Assembly (NCBI GenBank): GCA_030141605.1 | Contig: JAQGDQ010000007.1 | Coordinates: forward strand, 1,599,173 to 1,663,172 | Length of the DNA: 64,000 bases | Origin: Tubiluchus corallicola | Lineage: Eukaryota > Animalia > Priapulida | Direction: 5' to 3' | Shown: piece by piece, positions 48,042 to 60,484 of the stretch | Numbering within the stretch: position 1 is the stretch's first letter | How the letters are laid out: each line of letters begins with the position of its first letter | Position numbers and translations under genes: made by a program | Notes under the pieces: model-generated | Database searches by the model: none | What the model saw: only the letters and a program-made list of their open reading frames with translations | Told to the model about the DNA's origin: nothing

Positions 48042-50922
48042 ATTACAGTCGGACAGTACCTAAACAGTATGAAGTTACTACTTAATAAATTATATTAACG
48101 ACTGAAGTTAATTTTGACATCTTTATCATTATAATAAAAGACAATTTATTGCTTATCCTCATAGATAATAATATCACTAAGTAATCTGTAGGTAGGCTAC
48201 AGTACTATTACCGGCAAAAGTTAGCACCGCCATGCTAGAGTGTACCCTCTTGCTATCATTGCATGCTTTCTTGATAGGTCTTGACATTTTTGCGTATTTT
48301 TGTGCCAATACTTTGCTAAAATGGTGATAAATTATTGTGCCTTCTGTTGCACAATGGAGTCAAAGCCAAAGAATGTGACATTACCTTTCACTGATAACAT
48401 ATTTTTTATTTGGCAAGTTTGGCACTTTGTTTGGTTTGCATAATTAATCGCACTTTGCATAATCTCATGTCTCTTCTTTGTTGCTGCATACGCATAATAA
48501 AATATTTTTTGTTAGGCATATTTTCTGCCTGATACATCTGTTATAATATAACTATATACCTGCTATGCTACTATGGGGAGACATCCTTAGAACTGATAAT
48601 GTAAACATATTTTTCTGGTTAATAAAACCTGAAAATGGTTAAAAGTTCGGTAAATTATAAAGAAAATATTTTCCTATCATAAACCAGCAGTTATTCGTGT
48701 GTCAACAGGGGAATATATGCTGCTGCTTTAATAGCAAAAATAGGTCGATGCTGCGTTCACGCAAAGGAACAAAAGTATAACTCATCCCACCGCGCGTTGC
48801 GTACATCCACCGATAGTTGTTTGAGTGAGTATAGCTTAACTAGCTTTACCTAGTAAAATATTATCTTTGACTATCCTATCTCTTTAAAAAAAACGCGATA
48901 TTTACTTCAGTTTGTTCAATTCTTGGTTAAATTTAAACAAATAGTATACGGCAGGAACATAATAATTTCTGCATGTGAGCCGCCATGACAGAAAAACCTT
49001 CGCCACCTGTTGTAGACTTGTACAATCGCTCGGAAGAGTGATTCTCACACTTTTTCGCAGCTTTGATTTGCTTTTACACACTTAACCTCCTTTTTTATTT
49101 CTTTTTTCTATTGTGACTTCAATAAGCTTTGCATTCTTTCAAAATTTATACCTAAATCATACACACTTATAACTTCTCTAATTTCTGTCCTCCAACTTCT
49201 GGGAATGTTTAAATCACATAATATTATACAAAATAGCATCTTTCAGCACTTCTTTTATTATCAGATAACAGCACACTTCGGTACCACATTAATTCTTTAT
49301 AATGTGTTATTTGCCTTAAAAGCCATACTGCCCAGATCATCATTCCTCCTCAGTAGCTCGTAGATATTTTCTGTTTTATCATACGTTTTGGGGCTACTTT
49401 CTGCCATTTTTATACTTTCTTCATTGTTTGTTTCTATCAATTCACCTCCATATTGAAAATTAAACTAGGATCATTGTTGTTGTGTCGTACAATAACCACC
49501 CTACTTTTATAGGCTCAGTTCATTCAGCATCAGATCGAGCTACTCCGATTCATAATACATGTATCATCATATTTTATTATGCCATGATGCTCCACTTTCT
49601 TACTTCTTTTCTCGCAGACATGTTATAACTTCCTGTTCCATTGATGTATTCAGGCCTATTTATATACGGCTGCCATTTTTAATTTTTGCTTTTTTAATAT
49701 TAAATACGTCAACACCTTTTATCTGGCTTTACTGACTACCATCTTTTGTGATTTTTCACAATTAATGTAAGACAGCACAGGTAAATTTAAAGCCTTTAAT
49801 CCTGTATGACATGTATGTACGTGTTGAGATCCACGATCAAATTCCCAAGTACCCAGCTTATGCTGCTATATATTATTATTGTTGTTGCTGTTGTTGTCGT
49901 TGTCATTGTTAACTAGTTGTTGTTGTTAACTTATCGTTGCTGTTTTGGAAAAAGCTAATTTTATAATTTTAAAATTTAATTATTAATGTTAGTTCAGTTA
50001 ATTTACATTAAAATTTGCTGTACGAAAATGCAGTATTCAAACAGTGCTAACTGCTAAGGTGTTACAAACGTACACTATTATAATTATTATTAAAATGGTA
50101 CATTACTGATACTTTTTGAGGCTCTATAACTTTTAACTTTTTTAAAAAAATGATAAAATTTATAATTACTTTACATTAGTCTTTGCAAAAATACGTCTTC
50201 GAACTGTAAAGCCTACGTTAAAACTTTTCTTTTGCAGGGTCTGACTGCTTAGCCTTAGAAAAACGTCATTCAGTCCTGTTTAAAGGATTTCTAAGTATCG
50301 TATCGAGTAAGCCTACATATGCTACGTATTTAGCTTTATGTTATCATATTATTCATAGAGAAGTTGATGTTGACTTTGACAAATTTTTTACCAAATTTAT
50401 CTTGCAATAGAACAAGGCAGAATCATTCTGTGAAGCTTTTCGTGCATCGAAGAGCTAAAGTATCATTTGGCTAATTTTTCTCAAATCAAGTTGTAGCGAT
50501 TTTGAACTCATTGCCTGCATATGTTGATGGTGGCCCTTCGTAACTGCACAAAATATTAAGTTATTTAAAAGTCGTTTATATAAAGCTAGCTTGCGTAAAA
50601 TCCTTGTACACAATAGGCAGTTCGTCTGTTTGTGTCTTTACCACACTCTTGTAAATTATATTTGTATGTTTTTTGCTAACGTGTTTTACATATATTGTTT
50701 TTATTGTATACTGTATTTTACTATTGGGTGTGAATAAAATAAATAAATAAATAAATAAATAAGCTATATAGTAACCTTTTACGTATGAGGTAATTATTAA
50801 AATCATATAGACCGAGTATCTGGCACTCATATGTAGGCGTCGAAACAAATGCAAATTGAAAAGAAATATTAACCATTTTGCGAGCACCGTACCTTTGTAC
50901 ATATAGCTTCCGAGTTTGTATT

Positions 50923-51837
50923 TGTTGGGAGCCGTTTGGACCACTGCGCCAAGTAGACCACTTGATGCGCTAAAAGTAGTGTCCTACATGGGCAGCCCAA
51001 GTAGGACACTAGCGATTTTTGTCGAGAAACTTGCTCTGGCAAAACTTGTTTCCAGTTTATATTACCATTGTTTATAAGTATTGTTATGACATAATAAAGC
51101 ATAAAACAAAATTTCTTTTAGAAATGGATATTCCTTGGCAATTTGCAAATGCATTTCTTACAATAATTTCATCATTATGATTAACTCCATTAATATATCA
51201 TAACATTAAACCTAGTATCTAATGCTTTAAAGAGAGAAATTCTGCACACAGTTATTACAGAAATAATTGCAAATTTAAAAATGAGACAGATGCTGCTAAG
51301 CCTTCACAACACCAAAAAGTAATTTTTAACATTTAAGAAAAGCAAGGATAATTAGTTTTAATATTATCAGTAGTATTGTAACATGTAGGGCACTGTCCTA
51401 CATGGCTCGCTAGCCCATGTAGGACACATAGATCGCTAGAACGTTTATTTATAAGAAAACAATTATTTGCCCAAGAGGTAGTGAAACGGATCACCTGTTT
51501 GTGAAGTGAGACAAAATCAAAAATGATATACCTTAAACAAATGTTGAATTCGCAAAAAAGTGGGGTTTTTTCACTTCAACAACATTAATATCGAAACCAA
51601 ATTTAATATTGTCCGTTCTACCAGCTCAGAATAAAATTCTTTTATTTTATTAGATGTATAATAAATTATTCAACGTGTATTAACGTTTTTAATTATTATT
51701 ATTACATAAACAAGCACAACGGACGGTGTCAGTACACTTAACGACTGAATTCACGACCTGTCTCTAGTGTCCTACTTGGGCTAGCCCAAGTAGACCAATT
51801 GGTCTACTTGGCGCAGTGGTCCAAACGGCTCCCAACA
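50923..51837. mobile_element. Non-autonomous TIR element with TGT...ACA ends and a 5-bp TSD (possibly Ginger-like)
   Basis: Perfect 38-bp TIR TGTTGGGAGCCGTTTGGACCACTGCGCCAAGTAGACCA, TSD GTATT (50918-50922, 51838-51842), and three internal palindromes built on TGTCCTAC.TGGG/CCCA.GTAGGACA. Confidence 0.85.
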
Positions 51838-53237
51838 GTATTTATTTTGTGACTGATGACTGACTGTTAGTCATCTTGAGAGCAAATTGAAATCGATGCA
51901 GTTATTTTATCGTTTTTGTGATTTTTGCTTGTTTTAGAATTATTACGTAGTTTGACTAATCTAGATTTTGTGCTGTTTATGGTAATTAAGTTAAATTAAA
52001 AGTTAAGTGTAAGTACTATGTGCGGATTCGCCATAAATTTTGTTTAATGGTTAAATTTATAGGGTATGCGAGATTACTTATTTGGTATCATTGTGTGAAC
52101 TACATTCAGTCCTTTGTAAAAATGTAACCAAATAGTCTGTAATATTATTTTTAGGAAATAAATAACTTACTTATATAAGGAGTGTCATAATAAGTTATTG
52201 CACCACACATTTCTTTAAATTTTCTCCTTGTCATCCTGATTTTGTGCTAATAAAAGGATGTTTTTGTATTTTCTCTTTCCACTGCTCAACTGCAAGTAAG
52301 TAGTGACTACACATTGCTTGTTGTTAGTAATTAACGAATTATGTTAATTACTTCGTCTCTCCGTTACTTGTCCTTCTGTTACTAAAAAGTGCAAAATTAC
52401 TTTTTAATTTTTGATTCTATAATTCTTAGAGACTAGCATTTTCTTAAAAAGAAAAGTGTGTTGCTGCCAGGGCCGGCTCTACTGCTCGACAAACTAGACA
52501 GTTACCTAGGACGTCAAGCAGTTCTTTAATTTTTAAGTCTAGCATAAGTATTAATACTATTCATGTGAAATTTTAAGTACACAACACCTTAACCAAATGA
52601 ACCAAACTACATCATTTTTGGATTTCCTGTCAAAATGTAAGATTCATCGATGCTAGCAAGTATTTTTCCTAAGACTACGTCACACACTACTGATGCTTTT
52701 CTCTGCTTTCTGCTTGCAGTTTCTATCGTATGCATACAGCTGCAGGAAGTGCATATAGTAATGATTTTTCTGTTAAAAAAGTTTTTTTATATAGCAAATA
52801 AACTTATAAGAATCAAAGTCTTCAGTTTACTAAATTGCAAGGAACAACAAGTTTATAGTAACACAGTGTAGAGTGACTATGATGTTAATTTAGTCCCTCA
52901 ATCCATTACTTTATAGCATAACCTAGCAACTCTTAAGCACATTGTTCTAGGAGGGTTTATACTTTCATTCAGGTGCCACAGTCTCTCTATTACTGCTTGA
53001 GTTTGCCCACATATAAGTACAGCGAGGGTTCCTAGTGGGACGCCACTTTTTTCCTCGATTTTTATTTTTTCGCAAGACGTGTGCTTGGCACTAAATTCGA
53101 AGTGTTTCAATGCTAGCGAAACACAAATTTATCATACCATTTATAAAACAAGCCTGTTAAAACAAGGCTTCTGAATATTACAAGGAAATTCCAAAGCCCG
53201 CTAAGTCTTAGTCTTAAATAATGTATTTAAACCGTGC

Positions 53238-54317
53238 TTACAGCAAGCTCTGATATTACAAAATATTGCTTATTATCAGGGAATTTTCTGGCCCCATGAT
53301 TGTATTTACCCTGCATATAACGAGCGCGAGTTCCAAAACACTGTGTTATGTGTATCAACTGTCAAGTACAGCACAATCATTCAGATGTGCTGGTGAGTCA
53401 ACAGCTTAGTACAAACGCTGCTGTAATTATAACCTATAGACTGCAGGTAGAATGAAGCGAGCAGGATGAGTCAGAAAAACAACAAGTTTGTCAACGTGTT
53501 AGGAAGCTATCAGATGACAGTAAACAGTCAACTTGACAGCTCCTTAAATAAAGTGTTGCAAATTTAATGTGATGCAGACAACAACGACCAAAGCTGTTCT
53601 GCTTTGCAAAATAAATAATTCTGAGACTTTGCAAAGTTTAATTTTTAATAAAAATACCATTTTAAAATAGCACAGTGCTTTTATTTATAATTAAAGGAGT
53701 GTAGAGTTAATTATTAGACAACGTTTCAGCCCATGATGAAATGCTCATAATCAGTTATACTAAGCCTGTGCAGCTATTTAAATAAAAAAAAAACCAGCTT
53801 GCTAGAGTGCAGAGTTAATTATTAGGCAATGTTTCAGCCCATGATGAAATGCTCATAATCAGTTATACTAAGCCTGTACAGCTATTTAAATAAAAAAACC
53901 AGCTATGCTTTCCGCCCACGCAGACATCCAGGCTCTTGCGCCGTTAACACCCACACAAAGCACTCAAATGTCTGCAAATGTCGCAATGAATGACAGTTGT
54001 GGTTTAGAAAAACAACTCGCTCAGTACTTTTATGCAGGTATTTATTGCATAAAATACTGCCTCTGTAATAGAAATAATAGAGTTTAGAGTTTACTCTTTC
54101 ATGATGAAATATTTGCTGAACAGTGGCACTCATTAGAAAACTTATGCCAGTCTCAAAAGAAAGTGCTATGTCATCGTTTCATATCAGCCTTATGGGTTTC
54201 ATTTCTATATAGCACACCCACTCACTCGGACAATTTGCCTCGGCTATAACGAGACTCTGTTATAGCGAGCAAATTTCGGCAGTCCCTTGAAACTCGTTAT
54301 AAATGGAATATACTCTA
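53238..54317. mobile_element. Degenerate Tigger/pogo-like MITE (second copy at 58126-59205)
   Basis: TACAG... start and ...TACTCTA end, with clustered subterminal TATAACGAG/CTCGTTATA motifs at both ends. TIRs are eroded. Confidence 0.35.
53697..53904. repeat. ~108-bp tandem dimer (also at 58585-58792)
   Basis: Two nearly identical units GAGTG.AGAGTTAATTATTAG...AAACCAGCT. Confidence 0.9.
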
Positions 54318-54924
54318 TTTGTATCTTCCTAGTCAGTAGTGGATTTTAACAGCAAGTCTACCAGGGTCAGTGGACCTTTAATTGATAAAAGACTGTGCTC
54401 GATAATGTATTTTCTTTATCGGCAAAAGGCAGTATAAATTATTAATACTAAAGGGGCATTAGTTTTAAATTCAACTCTTTTTCCTAAGTTGGTTCACATT
54501 TTTGTTTTGAGTTTTTTCCTTTATGTTAATCCCATTACTGCATGCAATTTGGGAGCACATCCACAAGTATAACCAGAAAAGGATCAAAAGTCAAAACCAG
54601 TGACTGTGGCATCTAGTGAGCCTTCTAATAAAGGCTAATTACAAGTCCAACAATTTATTTTAGTTAAGTATATTCGACTTAAGTCAACGATGTTTACGAT
54701 ATGCATGCCCATTAAGCTGATATAATTGTGTTGTATAAATTAAGTTTACTGTCACTCCGATACACATTTTTGTATGTATTAAATACTTAACTTTTATCAG
54801 TTGTGCAGAATAATCTTTTAGAAAACTGATTTACATGCTTTTGCATTTGAGTAGGAATGTTTGTAACCAATAGTTTTATATTTACAGATACATTTGCAAG
54901 TAAAAGTTTTCTACCACTGTCAAA

Positions 54925-55596
54925 ATGGATTGGTTATTTGGTCGAAGGAAAACACCAGAAGAAATGCTGAGGCAAAACCAGCGTGCCCTCAATAAAGCCA
55001 TGAGAGAATTAGACCGTGAGCGTACAAAAATGGAACAATCAGAAAAGAAGATTATAGCTGATATAAAGAAAATGGCTAAGCAAGGACAAATGGATGCAGT
55101 TAAAATAATGGCAAAGGACCTGGTTCGAACTCGTCGTTATTGTAAAAAATTTATGTTGATGAGAGCAAATATTCAGGCTGTGTCACTCAAAATTCAAACA
55201 TTGAAATCGACAAATTCCATGGCTCAAGCTATGAAAGGTGTTACAAAAGCAATGACAAATATGAACAAGCAAATGAAGCTGCCTCAAATTCAAAAGATTA
55301 TGATGGAATTTGAAAAGCAGTCTGAAATTATGGATATGAAAGAGGAGATGATGGCTGATGTAATCGATGATGCAATGGGCGATGAGGAAGATGAAGAAGA
55401 AAGTGACGCTGTTGTTGCACAAGTATTGGATGAACTTGGTCTGCAAATGACAGATGAACTTTCCTCACTCCCACAGGCAGCTGGATCACTGAAAGCATCA
55501 ACACTGCCAGGAGCACAACAGCCTGTGGCAGCCGGAGGAACTCCTGATGCAGATGATGATCTACAAGCCAGATTAAATAATCTCAGGAGAGAGTGA
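54925..55596 (+). CDS. CHMP2A: Charged multivesicular body protein 2a (ESCRT-III, Vps2), copy 1
   Basis: 223-aa ORF MDWLFGRRKTPEEMLRQNQRALNKAMRELDRER...DDDLQARLNNLRRE with a Snf7-family core and C-terminal MIM1. Splice acceptor TTTACAG ends at 54887. Confidence 0.96.
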   Translation: MDWLFGRRKTPEEMLRQNQRALNKAMRELDRERTKMEQSEKKIIADIKKMAKQGQMDAVKIMAKDLVRTRRYCKKFMLMRANIQAVSLKIQTLKSTNSMAQAMKGVTKAMTNMNKQMKLPQIQKIMMEFEKQSEIMDMKEEMMADVIDDAMGDEEDEEESDAVVAQVLDELGLQMTDELSSLPQAAGSLKASTLPGAQQPVAAGGTPDADDDLQARLNNLRRE

Positions 55597-58500
55597 AAGT
55601 AATCTATTTCTACTTTGCATTATGTGAAAATAAAACAGCCTTTGACAACTGGAGTCAAGTTTTTATTTACTGAGAATAGTTAGGTTACTTGTAGATTCGG
55701 ATATAAAAATTCTGTCAGGTACAGTCAAAGACTTCAATTTTACGGTATTCTTGTGTCGCCAAATTGTCATTATCTGCAATTATGAAACTTGTTTTACATA
55801 ATGTACATTACTGAGTAAACAACATAAACAGCATTTCCTTGTGTGCATTATACTCTGCATGTCGGTATGGCACCATATTGAAAGATTAAGTTGTAAAAAT
55901 GTGATATATTAATTAGTTTTTATATGACCAACATTGAACTCTGATAGCTAATGCATTGATATTGACATGCTAGTCTGAATTTTTTTTGTTGTTGTCTTCA
56001 TCAGTCAAGTTCGGATTATTTCAGTGTAATGTCATGTCTTATCATCAACACCATGTGAACAATTTCTTCAAATTTGTTTATTTGGTTTTCATATGTGTGC
56101 TCAACAAACCAAAACTGTCCATAAGTTGGCATAGTTCAAGCTATGTTACAATGACTCAAAATAACATGTAGAAAAATTGGGTCAATATCAGTTATTTTTA
56201 CAAAAATAAACGCTAAATTTACTGGGCTTCATAACTGTAACTGCAGTGTTCTTTTACAAAGTCCACTTTTAGCAACCACTTTTCCATACGTTGATAGTGT
56301 TTTTGTAGAAATGTGACAAAAAAATGGCAAACTTCAGGACCGCTTTTGTCAAAATAATGTTTTTCATGATGCAGCATGCACCTCAACGTTGACATCTGTG
56401 CTTAGAAATAATGTAGAGTAATGGCCAATGAGCTAGGTATCAAAGTGGAAAATCAGGAAGTGTGAATAACTAGGAATGCCTACCTGCCGACTTATGGACG
56501 TTTTTCCTATGCAAACAGGATTGTGAACAAGTCAGTAGTTGATACCTTATATGCATAGTCTCATCAACAGAAACCAATGCATATAGTGTTGCATAGCCTG
56601 GTTAATTTTTTCCTGGCCAGTTTGTTACTAAACAGTGTATGTCTTTCTCTAAGCAACATACCACATTAAAGGTGTATGTATGAAACATCAGTGTTGAGGT
56701 TAAAATTATCACTCCTGTTCATTAGACCTTTGGTTTTGAAATTATTTCTACATGCAGTTATTTTTAATTATTAATCATGTATGTGTATATGGTTAAAAAT
56801 TAGTTTTATTTGATTCATTCTTTTAGATAAAACTGATCTAATAATTAGAAAATTTGTAAATTTAGCAAATAAAAAATGTAATAATTTTCAGTTGAATGAT
56901 GTGGGTTTACTGTGGTAACGACTTTAGGTGAGAAAGCCAATTTTTAATGGCTTCAGTCTTCTAACCAGTAAGAGTGAACATTGTTAAAAATTTAGTGTAG
57001 AAAAATTTTATTCAAATAGTTATAGCTGGAATTGTAGAGTAACCTAGTGGCGCAACAGCTGTCGCTGTGTATGATAACCAGCATTAGCAATCAGTTGAAA
57101 TTTCGATTCAATTGAAAATTATTTCGATCTTAGTTATGTAATGAAATGTCTCATAAAGTGCATTTTACATGTAAACTTTATACTGAGTAACACTCCTGAG
57201 TGAAAGCCCACAAAGTAAATACTGAGATAAGTTCAACATTTATTTGCAGTTGTACAGTGTACAACGTTACCTACGATTACAATTGCAATTCCTGGTAATA
57301 GCACTGCAAAAAGTAGCCCATGTCCAGTGGCTGTTTGTTCCTAGCTGCTTTCTTCAGTAATATTTGGATTTACTTACATTCCATTTCTTTCTTACATGCT
57401 TAGCATTACAGTGGCTGAGTCATCATAATAGAACAGCTAACTACTGTGTAGGCTGCTGGGTGTCAGTGTGGAGAATCTAGGTAACCATTGAAACAGCAAG
57501 GCATGAAAATCATTAAACATGACTAATGAAGGAACATATTTTCGTAATTTAGTGATAAAATACATTTATTACCACTGGTATACTCAATCACTTGAAGCAA
57601 AATGTCTTCATTCGTCTTTAAACATAACTTATCTGGATAAAAACAATCAGTCACAAACCAATTTTTTCTTTTTTTTATATAGCAAATAAACTTATAAGAA
57701 TCAAAGTCTTCAGTTTACTAAATTGCAAGGAACAACAAGTTTATAGTAACACAGTGTAGAGTGACTATGATGTTAATTTAGTCCCTCAATCCATTACTTT
57801 ATAGCATAACCTAGCAACTCTTAAGCACATTGTTCTAGGAGGGTTTATACTTTCATTCAGGTGCCACAGTCTCTCTATTACTGCTTGAGTTTGCCCACAT
57901 ATAAGTACAGCGAGGGTTCCTAGTGGGACGCCACTTTTTTCCTCGATTTTTATTTTTTCGCAAGACGTGTGCTTGGCACTAAATTCGAAGTGTTTCAATG
58001 CTAGCGAAACACAAATTTATCATACCATTTATAAAACAAGCCTGTTAAAACAAGGCTTCTGAATATTACAAGGAAATTCCAAAGCCCGCTAAGTCTTAGT
58101 CTTAAATAATGTATTTAAACCGTGCTTACAGCAAGCTCTGATATTACAAAATATTGCTTATTATCAGGGAATTTTCTGGCCCCATGATTGTATTTACCCT
58201 GCATATAACGAGCGCGAGTTCCAAAACACTGTGTTATGTGTATCAACTGTCAAGTACAGCACAATCATTCAGATGTGCTGGTGAGTCAACAGCTTAGTAC
58301 AAACGCTGCTGTAATTATAACCTATAGACTGCAGGTAGAATGAAGCGAGCAGGATGAGTCAGAAAAACAACAAGTTTGTCAACGTGTTAGGAAGCTATCA
58401 GATGACAGTAAACAGTCAACTTGACAGCTCCTTAAATAAAGTGTTGCAAATTTAATGTGATGCAGACAACAACGACCAAAGCTGTTCTGCTTTGCAAAAT

Positions 58501-59812
58501 AAATAATTCTGAGACTTTGCAAAGTTTAATTTTTAATAAAAATACCATTTTAAAATAGCACAGTGCTTTTATTTATAATTAAAGGAGTGTAGAGTTAATT
58601 ATTAGACAACGTTTCAGCCCATGATGAAATGCTCATAATCAGTTATACTAAGCCTGTGCAGCTATTTAAATAAAAAAAAAACCAGCTTGCTAGAGTGCAG
58701 AGTTAATTATTAGGCAATGTTTCAGCCCATGATGAAATGCTCATAATCAGTTATACTAAGCCTGTACAGCTATTTAAATAAAAAAACCAGCTATGCTTTC
58801 CGCCCACGCAGACATCCAGGCTCTTGCGCCGTTAACACCCACACAAAGCACTCAAATGTCTGCAAATGTCGCAATGAATGACAGTTGTGGTTTAGAAAAA
58901 CAACTCGCTCAGTACTTTTATGCAGGTATTTATTGCATAAAATACTGCCTCTGTAATAGAAATAATAGAGTTTAGAGTTTACTCTTTCATGATGAAATAT
59001 TTGCTGAACAGTGGCACTCATTAGAAAACTTATGCCAGTCTCAAAAGAAAGTGCTATGTCATCGTTTCATATCAGCCTTATGGGTTTCATTTCTATATAG
59101 CACACCCACTCACTCGGACAATTTGCCTCGGCTATAACGAGACTCTGTTATAGCGAGCAAATTTCGGCAGTCCCTTGAAACTCGTTATAAATGGAATATA
59201 CTCTATTTGTATCTTCCTAGTCAGTAGTGGATTTTAACAGCAAGTCTACCAGGGTCAGTGGACCTTTAATTGATAAAAGACTGTGCTCGATAATGTATTT
59301 TCTTTATCGGCAAAAGGCAGTATAAATTATTAATACTAAAGGGGCATTAGTTTTAAATTCAACTCTTTTTCCTAAGTTGGTTCACATTTTTGTTTTGAGT
59401 TTTTTCCTTTATGTTAATCCCATTACTGCATGCAATTTGGGAGCACATCCACAAGTATAACCAGAAAAGGATCAAAAGTCAAAACCAGTGACTGTGGCAT
59501 CTAGTGAGCCTTCTAATAAAGGCTAATTACAAGTCCAACAATTTATTTTAGTTAAGTATATTCGACTTAAGTCAACGATGTTTACGATATGCATGCCCAT
59601 TAAGCTGATATAATTGTGTTGTATAAATTAAGTTTACTGTCACTCCGATACACATTTTTGTATGTATTAAATACTTAACTTTTATCAGTTGTGCAGAATA
59701 ATCTTTTAGAAAACTGATTTACATGCTTTTGCATTTGAGTAGGAATGTTTGTAACCAATAGTTTTATATTTACAGATACATTTGCAAGTAAAAGTTTTCT
59801 ACCACTGTCAAA

Positions 59813-60484
59813 ATGGATTGGTTATTTGGTCGAAGGAAAACACCAGAAGAAATGCTGAGGCAAAACCAGCGTACCCTCAATAAAGCCATGAGAGAATTAG
59901 ACCGTGAGCGTACAAAAATGGAACAATCAGAAAAGAAGATTATAGCTGATATAAAGAAAATGGCTAAGCAAGGACAAATGGATGCAGTTAAAATAATGGC
60001 AAAGGACCTGGTTCGAACTCGTCGTTATTGTAAAAAATTTATGTTGATGAGAGCAAATATTCAGGCTGTGTCACTCAAAATTCAAACATTGAAATCGACA
60101 AATTCCATGGCTCAAGCTATGAAAGGTGTTACAAAAGCAATGACAAATATGAACAAGCAAATGAAGCTGCCTCAAATTCAAAAGATTATGATGGAATTTG
60201 AAAAGCAGTCTGAAATTATGGATATGAAAGAGGAGATGATGGCTGATGTAATCGATGATGCAATGGGCGATGAGGAAGATGAAGAAGAAAGTGACGCTGT
60301 TGTTGCACAAGTATTGGATGAACTTGGTCTGCAAATGACAGATGAACTTTCCTCACTCCCACAGGCAGCTGGATCACTGAAAGCATCAACACTGCCAGGA
60401 GCACAACAGCCTGTGGCAGCCGGAGGAACTCCTGATGCAGATGATGATCTACAAGCCAGATTAAATAATCTCAGGAGAGAGTGA
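59813..60484 (+). CDS. CHMP2A: Charged multivesicular body protein 2a, copy 2 (A21T)
   Basis: The protein is identical to copy 1 except at codon 21, GCC->ACC (59873). Confidence 0.88.
   Translation: MDWLFGRRKTPEEMLRQNQRTLNKAMRELDRERTKMEQSEKKIIADIKKMAKQGQMDAVKIMAKDLVRTRRYCKKFMLMRANIQAVSLKIQTLKSTNSMAQAMKGVTKAMTNMNKQMKLPQIQKIMMEFEKQSEIMDMKEEMMADVIDDAMGDEEDEEESDAVVAQVLDELGLQMTDELSSLPQAAGSLKASTLPGAQQPVAAGGTPDADDDLQARLNNLRRE

Noticed and set aside
49040-49760. Possible LINE 3' relic on the minus strand
   Set aside because: Too degraded to recover any RT motif by eye.
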